DNA from: Macrostomum hystrix
Lineage: Eukaryota; Animalia; Platyhelminthes
Assembly (NCBI GenBank): GCA_950097015.1
Contig: CATNEN010000001.1
Location: 9,858,001-9,922,000, forward strand
Length of the DNA stretch: 64,000 nucleotides
Direction of reading: 5' to 3'
The position numbers were made by a program, and so were the translations under genes. The notes under the pieces are model-generated. The model saw nothing but the letters and a program-made list of their open reading frames with translations, had not been told where the DNA came from and made no database searches. Positions 25,795 to 40,000 of the stretch are shown in pieces. How positions within the stretch are numbered: the stretch's first letter is position 1; the number at the start of each line of letters is the position of its first letter.

Positions 25795-27228
25795 ACAAAC
25801 AGGACCTCACCTGTTAGAGACAGACACCTGTTAGTGACAGACATCTGTAAGAGACAGACAGGACCTCACCTGTTAGAGACAGACACCTGTTAGTGACTGA
25901 CATCTGTAAGAGACAGACAGGACCTCACCTGTTAGAGACAGACACATGTTAGTGACAGACATCTGTAAGAGACAGACAGGACCTCACCTGTTAGAGACAG
26001 ACACATGTTAGTGACAGACATCTGTAAGAGACAGACAGGACCTCACCTGTTAGAGACAGACACCTGTTAGTGACTGACATCTGTAAGAGACAGACAGACA
26101 CCTGCTAGAGATAGACACCTGCTAGAGACAGACACCTGCTAGAGACAGACACCTGCTAGAGACAGACATCTGCTAGAGACAGACACCTGCTAGAGACAGA
26201 CATCTGCTAGAGACAGACACCTGCTAGAGACAGACACCTGCTAGAGACAGACACCTGCTAGAGATAGACATCTGCTAGAGACAGACACCTGCTAGAGATA
26301 GACATCTGCTAGAGACAGACATCCGCTAGAGACAGACAGACACCTGCTAGAGACAGAGAGACATATGTTAGAGACAGACAGACACCTGCTACAGACAGAG
26401 AGACATATGTTAGAGACAGACAGACACCTGCTACAGATAGACACCTGTTAGAGACAGACATCTGCTAGAGAAAGACAGACACCTCTTAGAGATAGACATC
26501 TGCTAGATAAAGACACCTGCTAGAGACAGACATCTGCTAGAGAAGACATCTGCTAGAGAAAGACATCTGCTAGATAAAGACAGACACCTCTTAGAGATAG
26601 ACACCTGCTAGAGACAGACATCTGCTAGAGAAGACATCTGCTAGATAAAGACACCTGTTAGAGACAGACAGACATCTGCTAGATAAAGACATCTGTTAGA
26701 GACAGACAGACATCTGCTAGATAAAGACACCTGTTAGAGACAGACAGACATCTGCTAGGGACAGACATACATCTGTTAGAGATAGACATCTGCTAGATAA
26801 AGACATCTGTTAGAGACAGACAGACATCTGCTAGGGACAGACAGACATCTGTTAGAGACAGACAGACACCTTCTAGGGACAGACAGACATCTGTTAGAGA
26901 TAGACATCTGCTAGATAAAGACATCTGTTAGAGATAGACAGACATCTGCTAGATAAAGACACCTGTTAGAGACAGACAGACATCTGCTAGGGACAGACAT
27001 ACATCAGTTAGAGATAGACATCTGCTAGATAAAGACACCTGTTAGAGACAGACAGACACCTGCTAGGGACAGACATCTGTTAGAGATAGACATCTGCTAG
27101 ATAAAGACATCTGTTAGAGACAGACACCTGTTAGAGACAGACAGACATCTGCTAGGGACAGACAGACACCTGCTAGAGACAGACAGACATCTGCTAGAGA
27201 CAGACAGACAGACATCTGTTAGAGATAT
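25795..27228. repeat. Compound minisatellite (59-bp unit grading into 17-21-bp agacagacacctgctag units)
   Basis: Tandem structure visible. Confidence 0.95.
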
Positions 27229-28483
27229 GTAACTGTTTTTAGAGCGATAGCAGCATAGGCAAAGTCTTTTCAAGTCTCAAATCTTTTTCTCCCAGAGAAA
27301 TCTCACAGAAATGAGAGGAACCAGTTTAAAACCGGTTGCCAATCCTGAGCAGCGAACAAACTTTAAAGTTATATAAAATTGCTCACATTTTAGTGCTTAG
27401 AAACTCTAGAGTTAGTTTAAAAACTAGTTAAATAAAGCTCAATCCAGCTGTTTGATATAAGGCAGTGTAAGCCGGTATTAGCCGAATCTGCATCTTACAG
27501 TGTGTGGAGTACGAGTACCGCATTTTCGAACCAACTGGGGTACCCAGCCTGCGAGGCGGTACAATAGGCTGCCATTTAAACAGTTGGAACAATGCAAACA
27601 TATCTTACTCGGAAGGTCATTTGGTACTGCTTTACTAGCTAAAATCTATAATCAGATTTACTTGGCTAAAGAGAGGACAAATGCGCAGAGCTGGAATGGT
27701 GTCTTCAAAGGCAGTCTCAGTGTAAACTTTGCGCTTAATTTTGGAACTGTATTTTAGTGGGTCCAATAAATAATATTAAAATGTTAATTTTTACCTTTTG
27801 ACATTTTTAAACCAGTAAAACCAGTAAGAACTAGGCCGAGAAAATTGATCTTCAACCCCTAAGACAGCGACACTCGCCTGGCATACACAACCTCTGATTA
27901 GACTTTTGACTTTTAACACGTGCATTAATCGGTTTCATGCAGAGCTGTACGTTATTTCGCTATTTAACACTCAGTTAAGAAGCAGGCATTAAGATAACAC
28001 TACGCTCGTAAAGAGATAAGAAAGTCATGTCTAGAATATAATTGCTTGACAGACTACGTATTTGCAGCAGCAGTTCAAATTTTTATTTCTAGTTAAGCAG
28101 TATTGCTTTTAATCTACATTGTAAACCCAAATCGTACTACTGACATAACAGTAGACACTAGCGCTTTTGAACTTCGAAATACATTTCACTGGTTTAGAAA
28201 CAGGGAAAAAAAGAATTTATACATATCTTAATAACAACTACACATAATAAGTAGACATAAGATTTTTTAGACAAATTAAGATATATGTGATAAACATTAA
28301 ACATTAGGAGACAGGTAGGAGACAAAGGTGAGAGAGTCGAGATAATGGATCGAGAGAAATATAAAGTAAGAAATTTATATTAGATAAAATTATGCTTGGC
28401 ACGAAAACTTAAAGTTACTAACAAGGATAAAAATTAAAGTCAAAATGCGCACAATTTCCTTGAGTCAAAAGCTTTAAACAGTC

Positions 28484-31400
28484 TCAAACAGCAGATAGGC
28501 CTACATAGGCTTTAACTATTTTCACATCCTCAACAGGTCGATCATTGCCATCTGTAGCAACCAGGCCCAGTTTTTGTACAGTCCTCATGCCACTATAGAT
28601 CCTACCAAAGATGGTGTGCTTATTATCTAGCCATTCAGTTGGCGCTAGTGTGATAAAGAACTGCGATCCGTTAGTATTTGGCCCAGAATTGGCCATGCTG
28701 AGAATGCCAGCTCCGGTATGCTTCAACTCAGAGTGAATCTCATCGTCGAAGTGTTTGCCATAGATTGAGGAGCCACCACGGCCGGTGCCAGTTGGATCGC
28801 CACCCTGAATCATGAAGTCACGCACAACCCGATGAAATTTCACATCGTTATAATAGCCGCGTTTAACTAGTTCAGCAAAGTTTTTGCAGGTCCGGGGAGC
28901 GTGACGCCAGTAGAGCTCGATCTCAAATGCGCCCATGCTGTTTGGATGAGTTTGCACAGGATTAATTGTATATTTTGTGACAAAAGCGGTGCTATTAAAA
29001 CTGCACTTTTAGGTCCAAAAATTTATATCTATCTCTATAACTGTCTTCGTAACATATCTACTTTATCTACATTATCTATCACTATCCACAATTTCTACCA
29101 ATCTATTTACTATATTTACTTTTTAGTACTTTAGTGACACCAAATTAAATGCCATTGCCCATAGCCTTTTTACATAAATTGTTAACTTTTTAAAGCCAAA
29201 ACTTGGCTAAAGCCAAAACTAAAGTCTATAATGATGAGTCATGGCAGTCACTGTTTAGGGATTATAAAGATAGGATGAGCTAAAAAGTATTGATTTGTTC
29301 CACTTGATTTACATAGGATATAAATCTGAAATGAATTTTGTTTTAATAGTTTTAATAGTTTTGAAACTTTTGTTTTAATAGTATATTATTTACTCACTGT
29401 TAAGATAATAAAAAAAGCTATTAAAAATATATTTTATATATAGCAGCCATGTTACAAATTTTGCCTAGGGCACATGGCCAAGGTTTAATTTCTAACCAAA
29501 AATATAATACTAGGTCTAGAATGAACACAAAAATCTTCATTTTGCATGTTCAAAAGTTAAAAGAATATAACAGGAAAGTTTTGTCTTCCTGTTACCTTCT
29601 GCCACAGCAACAGAGAGATAAACTCTCCACGGGCCAGAGGCCCGTTTCTGTGTGGACTCCGGAGTCACATGAAAAGGGGCAGCGAAGCTCTGCCTCTCGC
29701 TTCCAGTGTATTTAAATTAAAGCAGCGTGCACAACAGAGGCAGAATGGGGAGAGAGGGAGAAATGCTGGGAGATTGCTAACACAGGGGCAGCTGTTCCTT
29801 TGTCCCACACGCACACGCTCCCCAGCGAACGCTCGCCGAACTTCTTCCTCCCATTCCTGGGCCGTATCGATCCACGGACGCCTCATTGTGTACGCGAATC
29901 ATGTGAGCCATGCAAATACAATGTTCTGAAGCGTATTTGCAAGGCTTACCTATACCCCCGTTTTTTCTAACTGGCATTCCTGTCAGTGCTTTGGCAGTCT
30001 GGATCACGTTCTTCTTGAATTGTCCTGATGATGACGTTGTCTCAGGGTGACACAATGCGTAGTTCCGTACCAGCCAGTCCACTTGCCGAAAAATTGAGGG
30101 AGATAAAAATTCTAGTCAGCAGCTTCTGTTCAGTTTAGGCCAGGTTTTCTTCCAAGTTGCTTCAGATGAGCCGTGGGATCCCGATTTGGTCTTCTTATTG
30201 CAGCAATTGTCCTGGCCTGCTCCCACTGTCCACAGCCTCTTCGGACTTGCTGGGTTGCAGCTCAGGCTTCTCTTCAAGCATTCGCAGTTGAGTTGGTTAA
30301 TTGGTGAAGCTCACCTGCTTCACGTAGGGCATGTCTTTTGTGCATGATTGTAGATAGTTACTCAGTTGCTGGTACATTGACTGCGTCGCATAGCTTTTTC
30401 TGCTGATGTTATGTTCGTTCTGTTCGTTTCTCTCTGAAGCCATTGCAGGAATCTGGTGTCTAGCGGTGTAAGAACCTTTCGGCAATCACCCGTCATTTAT
30501 AAAGGTGAAAAGGGTGACTCTCTCAGGGAACCACATATAACAGGAAAGTTTTGTCTTCCTGTTACCTTCTGCCACAGCAACAGAGAGATAAACGCTTCAC
30601 GGGCCAGAGGCCCATTTCTGTGTGGACTCCGGAGTCACATGAAAAGTGGCAGCGAAGCTCTGCCTCTTGCTTCCAGTGTATTTAAATTAAAGCAACGCGC
30701 ACAACAGAGGCAGAATGGGGAGAGAGGGAGAAACACTGGGAGATTGCTAACACAGGGGCAGCTGTTTCTTTGTCCCACACGCACACGCTCCCCAGCGAAC
30801 ATTTGCCAAACTTCTTCCTCCCATTCCTGGGCCGTATCGATCCACGGACGCCTCATTGTGTACGCGAATCATGTGAGCCATGCAAATACAATGTTCTGAA
30901 GTTTTCTGAACAATTCTATTTTTTCTTTACTACAATCTTATTTACTTTCTAGGGCTTACTTTTAGTCATGGCACAAATGTATTTTTGTTTGTTAAATTAT
31001 TTTTTGGTAAACTACAATAATATGTTTATTTAATTTTTTTTCACAAAAATACTAGAAGTTTATTGATATTTTATTTACAAGCCAGCATATACTAAATGAT
31101 CTGGACTATGATAGGCTTAAATTCTAGCAAAAGTTCTGAAGTTTATAGACATGGCCACCATCCATTATTGATTAAAAAACATGGCTGCCATGTCTATAAT
31201 GTTGCAACTAATATGGGGACAGCAGCCAGGCCCTAAGTGTGGTATTATCATCAATACCTAGCCACCCATGGCAGCCATTGATGGCCAACCAAAAATAGGT
31301 TTAACAGCAAACTTTTGGCTGTTGGTATTTACAATGGAAGTGCTTATTCCCACGGTCCCGTGCTGATAATTTCAATTTTATCCACACGGATCCGTGCCAA

Positions 31401-32327
31401 TAATTTTCTGCTTATCCACATGGCAGCTTGTATGAATAGGTCTACTTTTAAGACCCTACCTATTCTAATTCTTCTCTGAGCATAAGGCTTTTGCTTCAGA
31501 GTATAGTGTATAGCGTACACTATCAATGAATAGTGTAAAAGAATAACAATGATGTATAATGTGTGAGGAGTTTGGTGCTGACTAGAATTCTGCTGGTTGA
31601 CTCGTATGATTTTCTTTGACAGACTTTTTACTTTTCACAATTCAATCAATTCAGTCAATACAATTCGAATGAAAACACGTAACGATGACAAAAGATTTAG
31701 TAAGTTGTTATTAAAATAATTAAAAAGGATGACATTAATGTCGGTTAATTAATGTGTAGGTTGAAATGTAGAACACTGTCATAACACACTGGCAACTTTG
31801 TCGATCTATTGGCTCAAGGGTTCAACAAAACGTTCAAACCTGAAAGGGCCCCGTTTCAAAGAACAGAACCATGTGGATAAAATTGAAATTAACAGCACAG
31901 CATATATAAAGAGTTGTAGACCTATTTATACAAGCTGCCGTGTGGATAAGCAGAAAATTATCGGCACAGATCCATATGGATAAAATGGAAATTATTGGCA
32001 TGGGACCATGGGAATAGGCCTAAGCTCTGTCATTTACAATTGCCATTGGCAACATGATGGGTAGGCCCTACTGAATTACAATTGCAATATCCACTTCAGT
32101 GGAACTCTATCTATTAGAAAACAACATCAAGAGCATGGAAAGAATCACTGCCACTGTAATGATAGACAACTAAGACAGACAATGAATTTACAATAAAAAT
32201 ATTCAGAAAATCTAAGTGATAAGCAACTAAAAACCAATTTACAGTAACTTAAATAACTGTTTTTGTAGCCATTTTGATTTACTTACTTTGTTTCAACCTT
32301 TATTATTGGAGGATCGGTTGACGCCAT
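28484..32327 (-). CDS. PPIL1: Peptidyl-prolyl cis-trans isomerase-like 1 (spliceosomal cyclophilin); exons 32327-32287 and 28937-28484
   Basis: MASTDPPIIKVET(N)|MGAFEIELYWRHAPRTCKNFAEL...FMIQGGDPTGTGRGGSSIYG...NGSQFFITLAPTEWLDNKHTIFGR; phase-2 gtaagt/cag intron. Confidence 0.95.
29565..30901 (-). mobile_element. Small non-autonomous LTR retroelement (TRIM-like) in the PPIL1 intron
   Basis: ~367-bp direct repeats at 29565-29931 and 30535-30901; PBS TGGTTCCCTGA at 30533-30523; purine-rich tract agaaaaaacggggg before the 3' repeat; ~600-bp non-coding interior. Confidence 0.75.
31342..32019. mobile_element. MITE-like element with ~100-bp imperfect inverted repeats
   Basis: 31342-31445 is the reverse complement of about 31916-32019; no TSD recognised. 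Confidence 0.55.
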
Positions 32328-32636
32328 GTAAAACTAAGTGTAAAATGAAGGAAATTTTAAAGGTTCGAGTAGGCCTAATTGACAAATTGGTAAAATTACA
32401 GTCATTAGACCTCGTCAATGAACAGGGTAATCAACCGCGCAACCAGTTCGCATGCCGTTTGAAAACGGACTCAAAATATTAATAAAATAATATATAATTT
32501 CTAAATAGCAAAACATAAATAAAAAAATAATCAAAAGCTGCTTAAGCTTTCAGAAACTTACGTACTTGTAATTTTGTTTCTTTTTTGATAACTATTTAAA
32601 CAGAGTTTTCCTAGAAAACGATGATTGACGTAGACT

Positions 32637-32802
32637 CAGGGGCGTATGCTGCCCGCAGGTACGGAGGTATATCTCCCCATTTTCCACAATTTCCCATGTA
32701 CATATTGTACTTAGTCAATTCCTAGAGGACATTATTTAGTCCGGTATGTTTATATTTCTGCTGGTTATCCCCCCCCAAACTAAATTCCAGCAAACGCCAC
32801 TG
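32637..32802. mobile_element. hAT-type MITE
   Basis: TIRs caggggcgtatgctg / cagcaaacgccactg; 8-bp TSD cgtagact / tgtagact. Confidence 0.75.
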
Positions 32803-32992
32803 TGTAGACTTTTGATGTTAATGGACTTCTTTTTATTACTTGAAGTATCGATATTGACCTGTATTGCCTGAATTTTAGTTTGACTGTTGAATTTTTTGTT
32901 TTTAATAATAAGGCTAAGACAACTTAGCTATAGACTATAGTGTGACTATTTTCGTTCCATTTTTGCAGACAATAGGGGCCTAGCGATCCAGA

Positions 32993-33468
32993 GGCAATGT
33001 TCTACTTACATTCGTTATATTATTTTTTGTTTGCAAATGACAGATAACGACAAAAAACAAGTTTAATAAAGGTAACAAAAAGTCAGTAGTTTGGTCACAC
33101 AGTTCTGAAAAGTCTTGGTCAGTCTTTCTTCTTTCAAACTGGGTAATAGTGCCTAATCCAGTAGAGGAGGGCACCAAAGCTATTCTTGGAGTATAGACGG
33201 TGCCATAAGAATTCTTCGAGGTGGCTTTCGAATAGAGCAGCACTCGTGCCATGCATTTGATGCAGCTTGGCCTTTGTGAAATTTTCAGCTGCAGAATTTC
33301 TGTGCTTTTGCTTCCTATTCCCCCATATTTGCCAGATTTTGCCATAGACATAGATCCAAGTGTCAAGTCACTGCAAAGCCACATCAGCACAACTTTTTCA
33401 AACTCAGAATGCATGTGTGGCACAAATACAAACGAAAAAAATATAATGAATGGAAGTAAAACATTGCC
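32993..33468 (-). mobile_element. Non-autonomous Merlin (IS1595/ISXO2-like) deletion derivative
   Basis: ~40-bp TIRs starting GGCAATGTT; perfect 8-bp TSD gatccaga (32985-32992, 33469-33476); minus-strand remnant HGTSAALFESHLEEFLWHRLYSKNSFGALLYWIRHYYPV* typical of a Merlin transposase C-terminus. Confidence 0.85.
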
Positions 33469-35003
33469 GATCCAGACACAGGCAGAATGAACCCAGAAGG
33501 CTAAGGCATTCCATTCTCTCTATTTATGTATATTAATAATGCTGGTTCACTGGAGTTATTTAGTAATAAAAGCTATGTATATTGATTTTTGTCTACAATT
33601 AGTTAGAATCCTCAAGAAATTGTATCAATTCATCATCTTTACTTATTTACTTTTATCTGACTCCTGCCCTCAATGAGTCAAATCCATAACTAGCATAGGT
33701 GCCTACGCTTAAAAATCATTTAGGCCGAATCCGCCGGGTGAAATGAGGGCCAAGCAAGGTAAGTCGCAAAAACCAATTGATTAAGCACAAAAAAATCAAA
33801 GGGGGGGACCAAGGGACAAAAAAAGAAGGCATGAAGAAGAGGAAAAAGGGGCAAATGAGAGCAAACTAAGTTGTAAATAGAGCAATAAAACATACTAAGT
33901 CACAAATGAGAGCAAAGTAAGTCGTAAATAGAGCAAAAACTAAGTCGCACGACTGGCTAAGATTTGGGAGGTTGCACATGAATGCTTAAAAATGACAGCC
34001 AGTGCCAATTAAATTGTCATTTTTTTAAAGTATACAGTTAAACACAGTATTAAATGAATATAAATGACCTACAATCAAGTCATCAAGTGATTTATTGCAA
34101 GTAGGCAATAGCAAGGTTTCCATTGGATTGGAAGGTATCAGTTATCTACACGATCCTTGAATTGCTTATACTTTCTTGCCAACCCTAGAAAAATTCATAA
34201 CCTAATCTAACCTTTATAGACAAATAAAAGCTTGACTTTAGATTTATCCATCTATTCATTAATAAATATGATATAAAATTAATATTTAATGTTGAGGTTA
34301 TAGCTTTCTTGGCTATAGCTAAAATATAAACAGAAATCTTGATTCTCTTTAAATTTTGTTGAAGCAAGATATTGAATCTTTGGGCATTTTTTGGTTTGGG
34401 GGCTACTGGATACTCCTAGTTTTGTTTTTGTGGACCACAATTTGTGGGGGAAATAATTTCCTAAGTTTTTTAAGGGACCAACCATTTTGTCACCCTTTCT
34501 AATTTTAGCTAGCCGAGAAGAAACATAAAGCCCCAGTGGTAAAACTGAACCTAAAAGTTCAGCTTCACACTTTATGCTATCAATTGGTTTAAATAATTAG
34601 CAATAACAGTTTAGTTACTTAGTAAATAAAAATAGTAAATTTCTAATTAAGTTAAGTAGTTCACTTTTCATTTTAGTGTTAGAAGTTTTTAGCATTTTAC
34701 CTTGTTATTATTATATACTTTTTATGTTTTCAAAGTTTGATATATATTTTTTTGGTTTTAATGAGTTTGGCTTCTAGTTAAAAAGATAAAATATGCTAAG
34801 ATGATTCATATATATCAGTTGTTTTGTTACATTTTAGTGAACTAACGAGGTTTAAAATAGATATTCATAAACTTTTAATTTACTAAGCATTTATATAGTC
34901 TATAAAAGATTGAAAATCAGTTCTTATTAAAAAATAGTATAACCTTTTGATATTTTCAGTCAACTTACTACTTCAGTGCTTTGTTAACAAAGAACCTTTG
35001 AAA

Positions 35004-36684
35004 ATGATAGAATATTGCAGCAAAAAGATTATGATGTCTACAATTGGTGGCCTCATTTTGTAAGTGAATGTGCATTTTTAGTTTTTATTAGACTTTATTG
35101 TTTAGTTAAAAATGAAAAGCAACTATCATTTGAACCATTGAATATCTTGCTGGTCTGAAGAGCTGGCAACTTGATTCTTGCTTCATAAGATGCGCAACAA
35201 AATTTTGGCCCATGTTCTTGAGTTTTGTGTGCCTGCATTGTCCGATTTGGGTGCAGCAAAATTTTAGGGAGATTCTAGATAATAGATAGGAGGCAGAATT
35301 AAAACTATCTAGATATTTATATACTGCTTCTAGCAATCATAAATTGCACACCAGTTTACTTAAAGTAGCTAAGTAGCATTAAAACCATTTAGCATCTGCG
35401 TCTTGGCACTCTACCTGGAGGACGCATTGATTGAGCATCCATCGTCAGTGAAAGCCAACGCTGTGCCCTGGCCATCAGATTCTTTGACTTCCACTGCTGC
35501 TGTTGGCTCGTCTTCGAAACCGAAGCCAACGCCGCCACAGGTTTGTATTCATTTTTAGTTTCCTATTTCATTTTCTGTCTACAGTTATAATTGCCAATGG
35601 CCTTGGTGTTTCACAAATCAACCTGCTGTTTCCCAGAAACCCACCTGCCACCATTTCTTCAGGAACCCACCTGCCACCATTTCTTCAGGAACCCACCTGC
35701 CACCATTTCTTCAGGAACCCAACTGCCACCATTTCTTCAGGAACCCACCTGCCACCATTTCTTCAGGAACCCAACTGCCACCATTTCTTCAGGATCCCAA
35801 CTGCCACCATTTCTTCAGGAACCCAACTGCCACCATTTCTTCAGGAACCCAACTGCCACCATTTCTTCAGGAACCCAACTGCCACCATTTCTTCAGGAAC
35901 CCAACTGCCACCATTTCTTCAGGAACCCAACTGCCACCATTTCTTCAGGATCCCAACTGCCACCATTTCTTCAGGAACCCAACTGCCACCATTTCTTCAG
36001 GAACCCAACTGCCACCATTTCTTCAGGAACCCAACTGCCACCATTTCTTCAGGAACCTAAAATTCCAAGAACTAAATGTTTTCCTAATAAACCACCTACC
36101 ATTTCCTACGAACCCACGTACCATTTCCTAAGAACCCACCTGCCATTTCCTAAGAACCCACCTTCCATTTCCTAAGAACCCACCAAACATTTCCTAATAA
36201 ACCACCTGCCATTTCCTAATAAACCACCAACCATTTCCTAAGAACCCACGTACCATTTCCTAAGAACCCACCTGCCATTTCTTTAGAGTCAAGGCCCTAC
36301 CTGACCACTCTACGTTAACCCGCCCGGCAGGTAATAGTCCTATCCGGCAATCGCACCTGCCTGGTTGTTGGACCCTGCGAGCCGTGCAGCCCTTTCGAAT
36401 CCAGCATGTCCAACGCAATTTTATCCAGCTATTGCGCTTCTGGCTACAAGCGTAAGGTGGCTTGTCGCGGAGATTCCGCGGAAAAACCGCCACCTAGATT
36501 CGTCGCCTGCCCGCTAGACGCCACGCCAGGTGGTGTCGCCTATGAGCGCGGAAAATTTCTTCTATTCCACGCTCTCTGCCTGCTCAGCCTACTGCTGTCC
36601 TGCGCGTTTGTTCAACGCCGTCAAAGACAGCTTAATCGCAGCTTTGCCGACAAGATCAACAAGCAGGTTGCTTCAGGCGTATGA
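35004..36684 (+). CDS. JTB: JTB (jumping translocation breakpoint) family membrane protein; exons 35004-35059, 35393-35540, 36331-36684 (~185 aa)
   Basis: MIEYCSKKIMM N-terminus, Cys-rich CEPCSPFE...YCASGYKRKVAC...VACP, TM segment, then RRQRQLNRSFADKINKQV; all junctions GT-AG and in phase. Confidence 0.88.
35637..36280. repeat. 26-bp (aggaacccaactgccaccatttcttc) and ~22-bp minisatellites in JTB intron 2
   Basis: Tandem copies visible. Confidence 0.95.
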
Positions 36685-37006
36685 TGACTGTTTTAATATG
36701 ATTCTTTTTTACATTCCTTACATTATCCCAGATATAGAGATGGTAATCCCACTGTACAAAAATGCTGTTAGATTTGCATTTTCTTTATAACATTAGTGAG
36801 CCTGTTTGTTCTTTGCATGTCACTAACAGCATTCCAGTCTGTCTTTTTGGTTTATTGTGATTTCTGCTTAAACTTATCCTGACCATTTTAGTACAGTTTC
36901 TAGTTATTCACAGTTCAATAAATGACAAAAAATCGAAAAAACAAAACCCGAATCGATTATTCGGATATCAGCGATTTCTAAAATATTAGCGATCTCCCGA
37001 AAACTC

Positions 37007-40000
37007 AAGATTGACGATTTCCCTAGAAACTCTAGATTGACGATTTCCCTAGAAACTCTAGATTGACTATTTCCCTAGAAACTCTAGATTGACGATTTCC
37101 CTAGAAACTCTAGATTGACGATTTCCCTAGAAACTCTAGATTGACGATTTCCCTAGAAACTCTAGATTGACGATTTCCCTAGAAACTCTAGATTGACTAT
37201 TTCCCTAGAAACTCTAGATTGTCGATTTCCCTAGAAACTCTAGATTGACGATTTCCCTAGAAACTCTAGATTGACGATTTCCCTAGAAACTCTAGATTGA
37301 CAATTTCCCTAGAAACTCTAGATTGACGATTTCCCTAGAAACTCTAGATTGACGATTTCCCTTGAAACTCTAGATTAACGATTTCCCTAGAAACTCTAGA
37401 TTGACGATTTCCCTAGAAACTCTAGATTGACGATTTCCCTAGAAACTCTAGATTGACGATTTCCCTAGAAACTCTAGATTGACGATTTCCCTAGAAACTC
37501 TAGATTGACTATTTCCCTAGAAACTCTAGATTGACGATTTCCCTAGAAACTCTAGATTGACAATTTCCCTAGAAACTCTAGATTAACGATTTCCCTAGAA
37601 ACTCTAGATTGACGATTTCCCTAGAAACTCTAGATTGACGATTTCCCTAGAAACTCTAGATTGACAATTTCCCTAGAAACTCTAGATTGACGATTTCCCT
37701 AGAAACTCTAGATTGACAATTTCCCTAGAAACTCTAGATTAACGATTTCCCTAGAAACTCTAGATTAACGATTTCCCTAGAAACTCTAGATTGACGATTT
37801 CCCTTGAAACTCTAGATTAACGATTTCCCTTGAAACTCTAGATTGACGATTTCCCTTGAAACTCTAGATTGACTATTTCCCTAGAAACTCTAGATTGACG
37901 ATTTCCCTAGAAACTCTAGATTGACGATTTCCCTTGAAACTCTAGATTGACAATTTCCCTAGAAACTCTAGATTGACGATTTCCCTTGAAACTCTAGATT
38001 AACGATTTCCCTAGAAACTCTAGATTGACGATTTCCCTTGAAACTCTAGATTGACGATTTCCCTAGAAACTCTAGATTGACGATTTCCCTAGAAACTCTA
38101 GATTGACGATTTCCCTTGAAACTCTAGATTGACGATTTCCCTTGAAACTCTAGATTGACGATTTCCCTAGAAACTCTAGATTGACGATTTCCCTTGAAAC
38201 TCTAGATTGACAATTTCCCTAGAAACTCTAGATTGACGATTTCCCTAGAAACTCTAGATTGACGATTTCCCTAGAAACTCTAGATTGACGATTTCCCTAG
38301 AAACTCTAGATTGACGATTTCCCTTGAAACTCTAGATTAACGATTTCCCTTGAAACTCTAGATTGACGATTTCCCTTGAAACTCTAGATTGACGATTTCC
38401 CTAGAAACTCTAGATTGACGATTTCCCTTGAAACTCTAGATTGACAATTTCCCTAGAAACTCTAGATTGACGATTTCCCTAGAAACTCTAGATTGACAAT
38501 TTCCCTAGAAACTCTAGATTAACGATTTCCCTAGAAACTCTAGATTGACGATTTCCCTAGAAACTCTAGATTGACGATTTCCCTAGAAACTCTAGATTGA
38601 CAATTTCCCTAGAAACTCTAGATTGACGATTTCCCTAGAAACTCTAGATTGACAATTTCCCTAGAAACTCTAGATTAACGATTTCCCTTGAAACTCTAGA
38701 TTAACGATTTCCCTTGAAACTCTAGATTGACGATTTCCCTTGAAACTCTAGATTGACGATTTCCCTAGAAACTCTAGATTGACGATTTCCCTTGAAACTC
38801 TAGATTGACAATTTCCCTAGAAACTCTAGATTGACGATTTCCCTAGAAACTCTAGATTGACGATTTCCCTAGAAACTCTAGATTGACGATTTCCCTAGAA
38901 ACTCTAGATTGACTATTTCCCTAGAAACTCTAGATTGACGATTTCCCTAGAAACTCTAGATTAACGATTTCCCTTGAAACTCTAGATTGACGATTTCCCT
39001 TGAAACTCTAGATTGACGATTTCCCTAGAAACTCTAGATTGACGATTTCCCTTGAAACTCTAGATTGACAATTTCCCTAGAAACTCTAGATTGACGATTT
39101 CCCTAGAAACTCTAGATTGACAATTTCCCTAGAAACTCTAGATTAACGATTTCCCTAGAAACTCTAGATTGACGATTTCCCTAGAAACTCTAGATTGACG
39201 ATTTCCCTAGAAACTCTAGATTGACAATTTCCCTAGAAACTCTAGATTGACGATTTCCCTAGAAACTCTAGATTGACAATTTCCCTAGAAACTCTAAATT
39301 AACGATTTCCCTAGAAACTCTAGATTAACGATTTCCCTAGAAACTCTAGATTGACGATTTCCCTTGAAACTCTAGATTAACGATTTCCCTTGAAACTCTA
39401 GATTGACGATTTCCCTTGAAACTCTAGATTGACGATTTCCCTAGAAACTCTAGATTGACGATTTCCCTTGAAACTCTAGATTGACAATTTCCCTTGAAAC
39501 TCTAGATTGACAATTTCCCTAGAAACTCTAGATTGACGATTTCCCTAGAAACTCTAGATTGACGATTTCCCTAGAAACTCTAGATTGACGATTTCCCTAG
39601 AAACTCTAGATTGACGATTTCCCTTGAAACTCTAGATTAACGATTTCCCTAGAAACTCTAGATTGACGATTTCCCTTGAAACTCTAGATTGACGATTTCC
39701 CTTGAAACTCTAGATTAACGATTTCCCTTAGAAACTCTAGATTGACGATTTCCCTTGAAACTCTAGATTGACGATTTCCCTAGAAACTCTAGATTGACGA
39801 TTTCCCTTGAAACTCTAGATTGACGAATTTCCCTAGAAACTCTAGATTGACGATTTCCCTAGAAACTCTAGATTGACTATTTCCCTAGAAACTCTAGATT
39901 GACGATTTCCCTAGAAACTCTAGATTGACGATTTCCCTAGAAACTCTAGATTGACGATTCCCTAGAAACTCTAGATTGACGATTTCCCTAGAAACTCTAG

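Noticed and set aside
32980-33423. 147-aa ORF
   Set aside because: Wrong frame; the recognisable Merlin transposase remnant is in another frame
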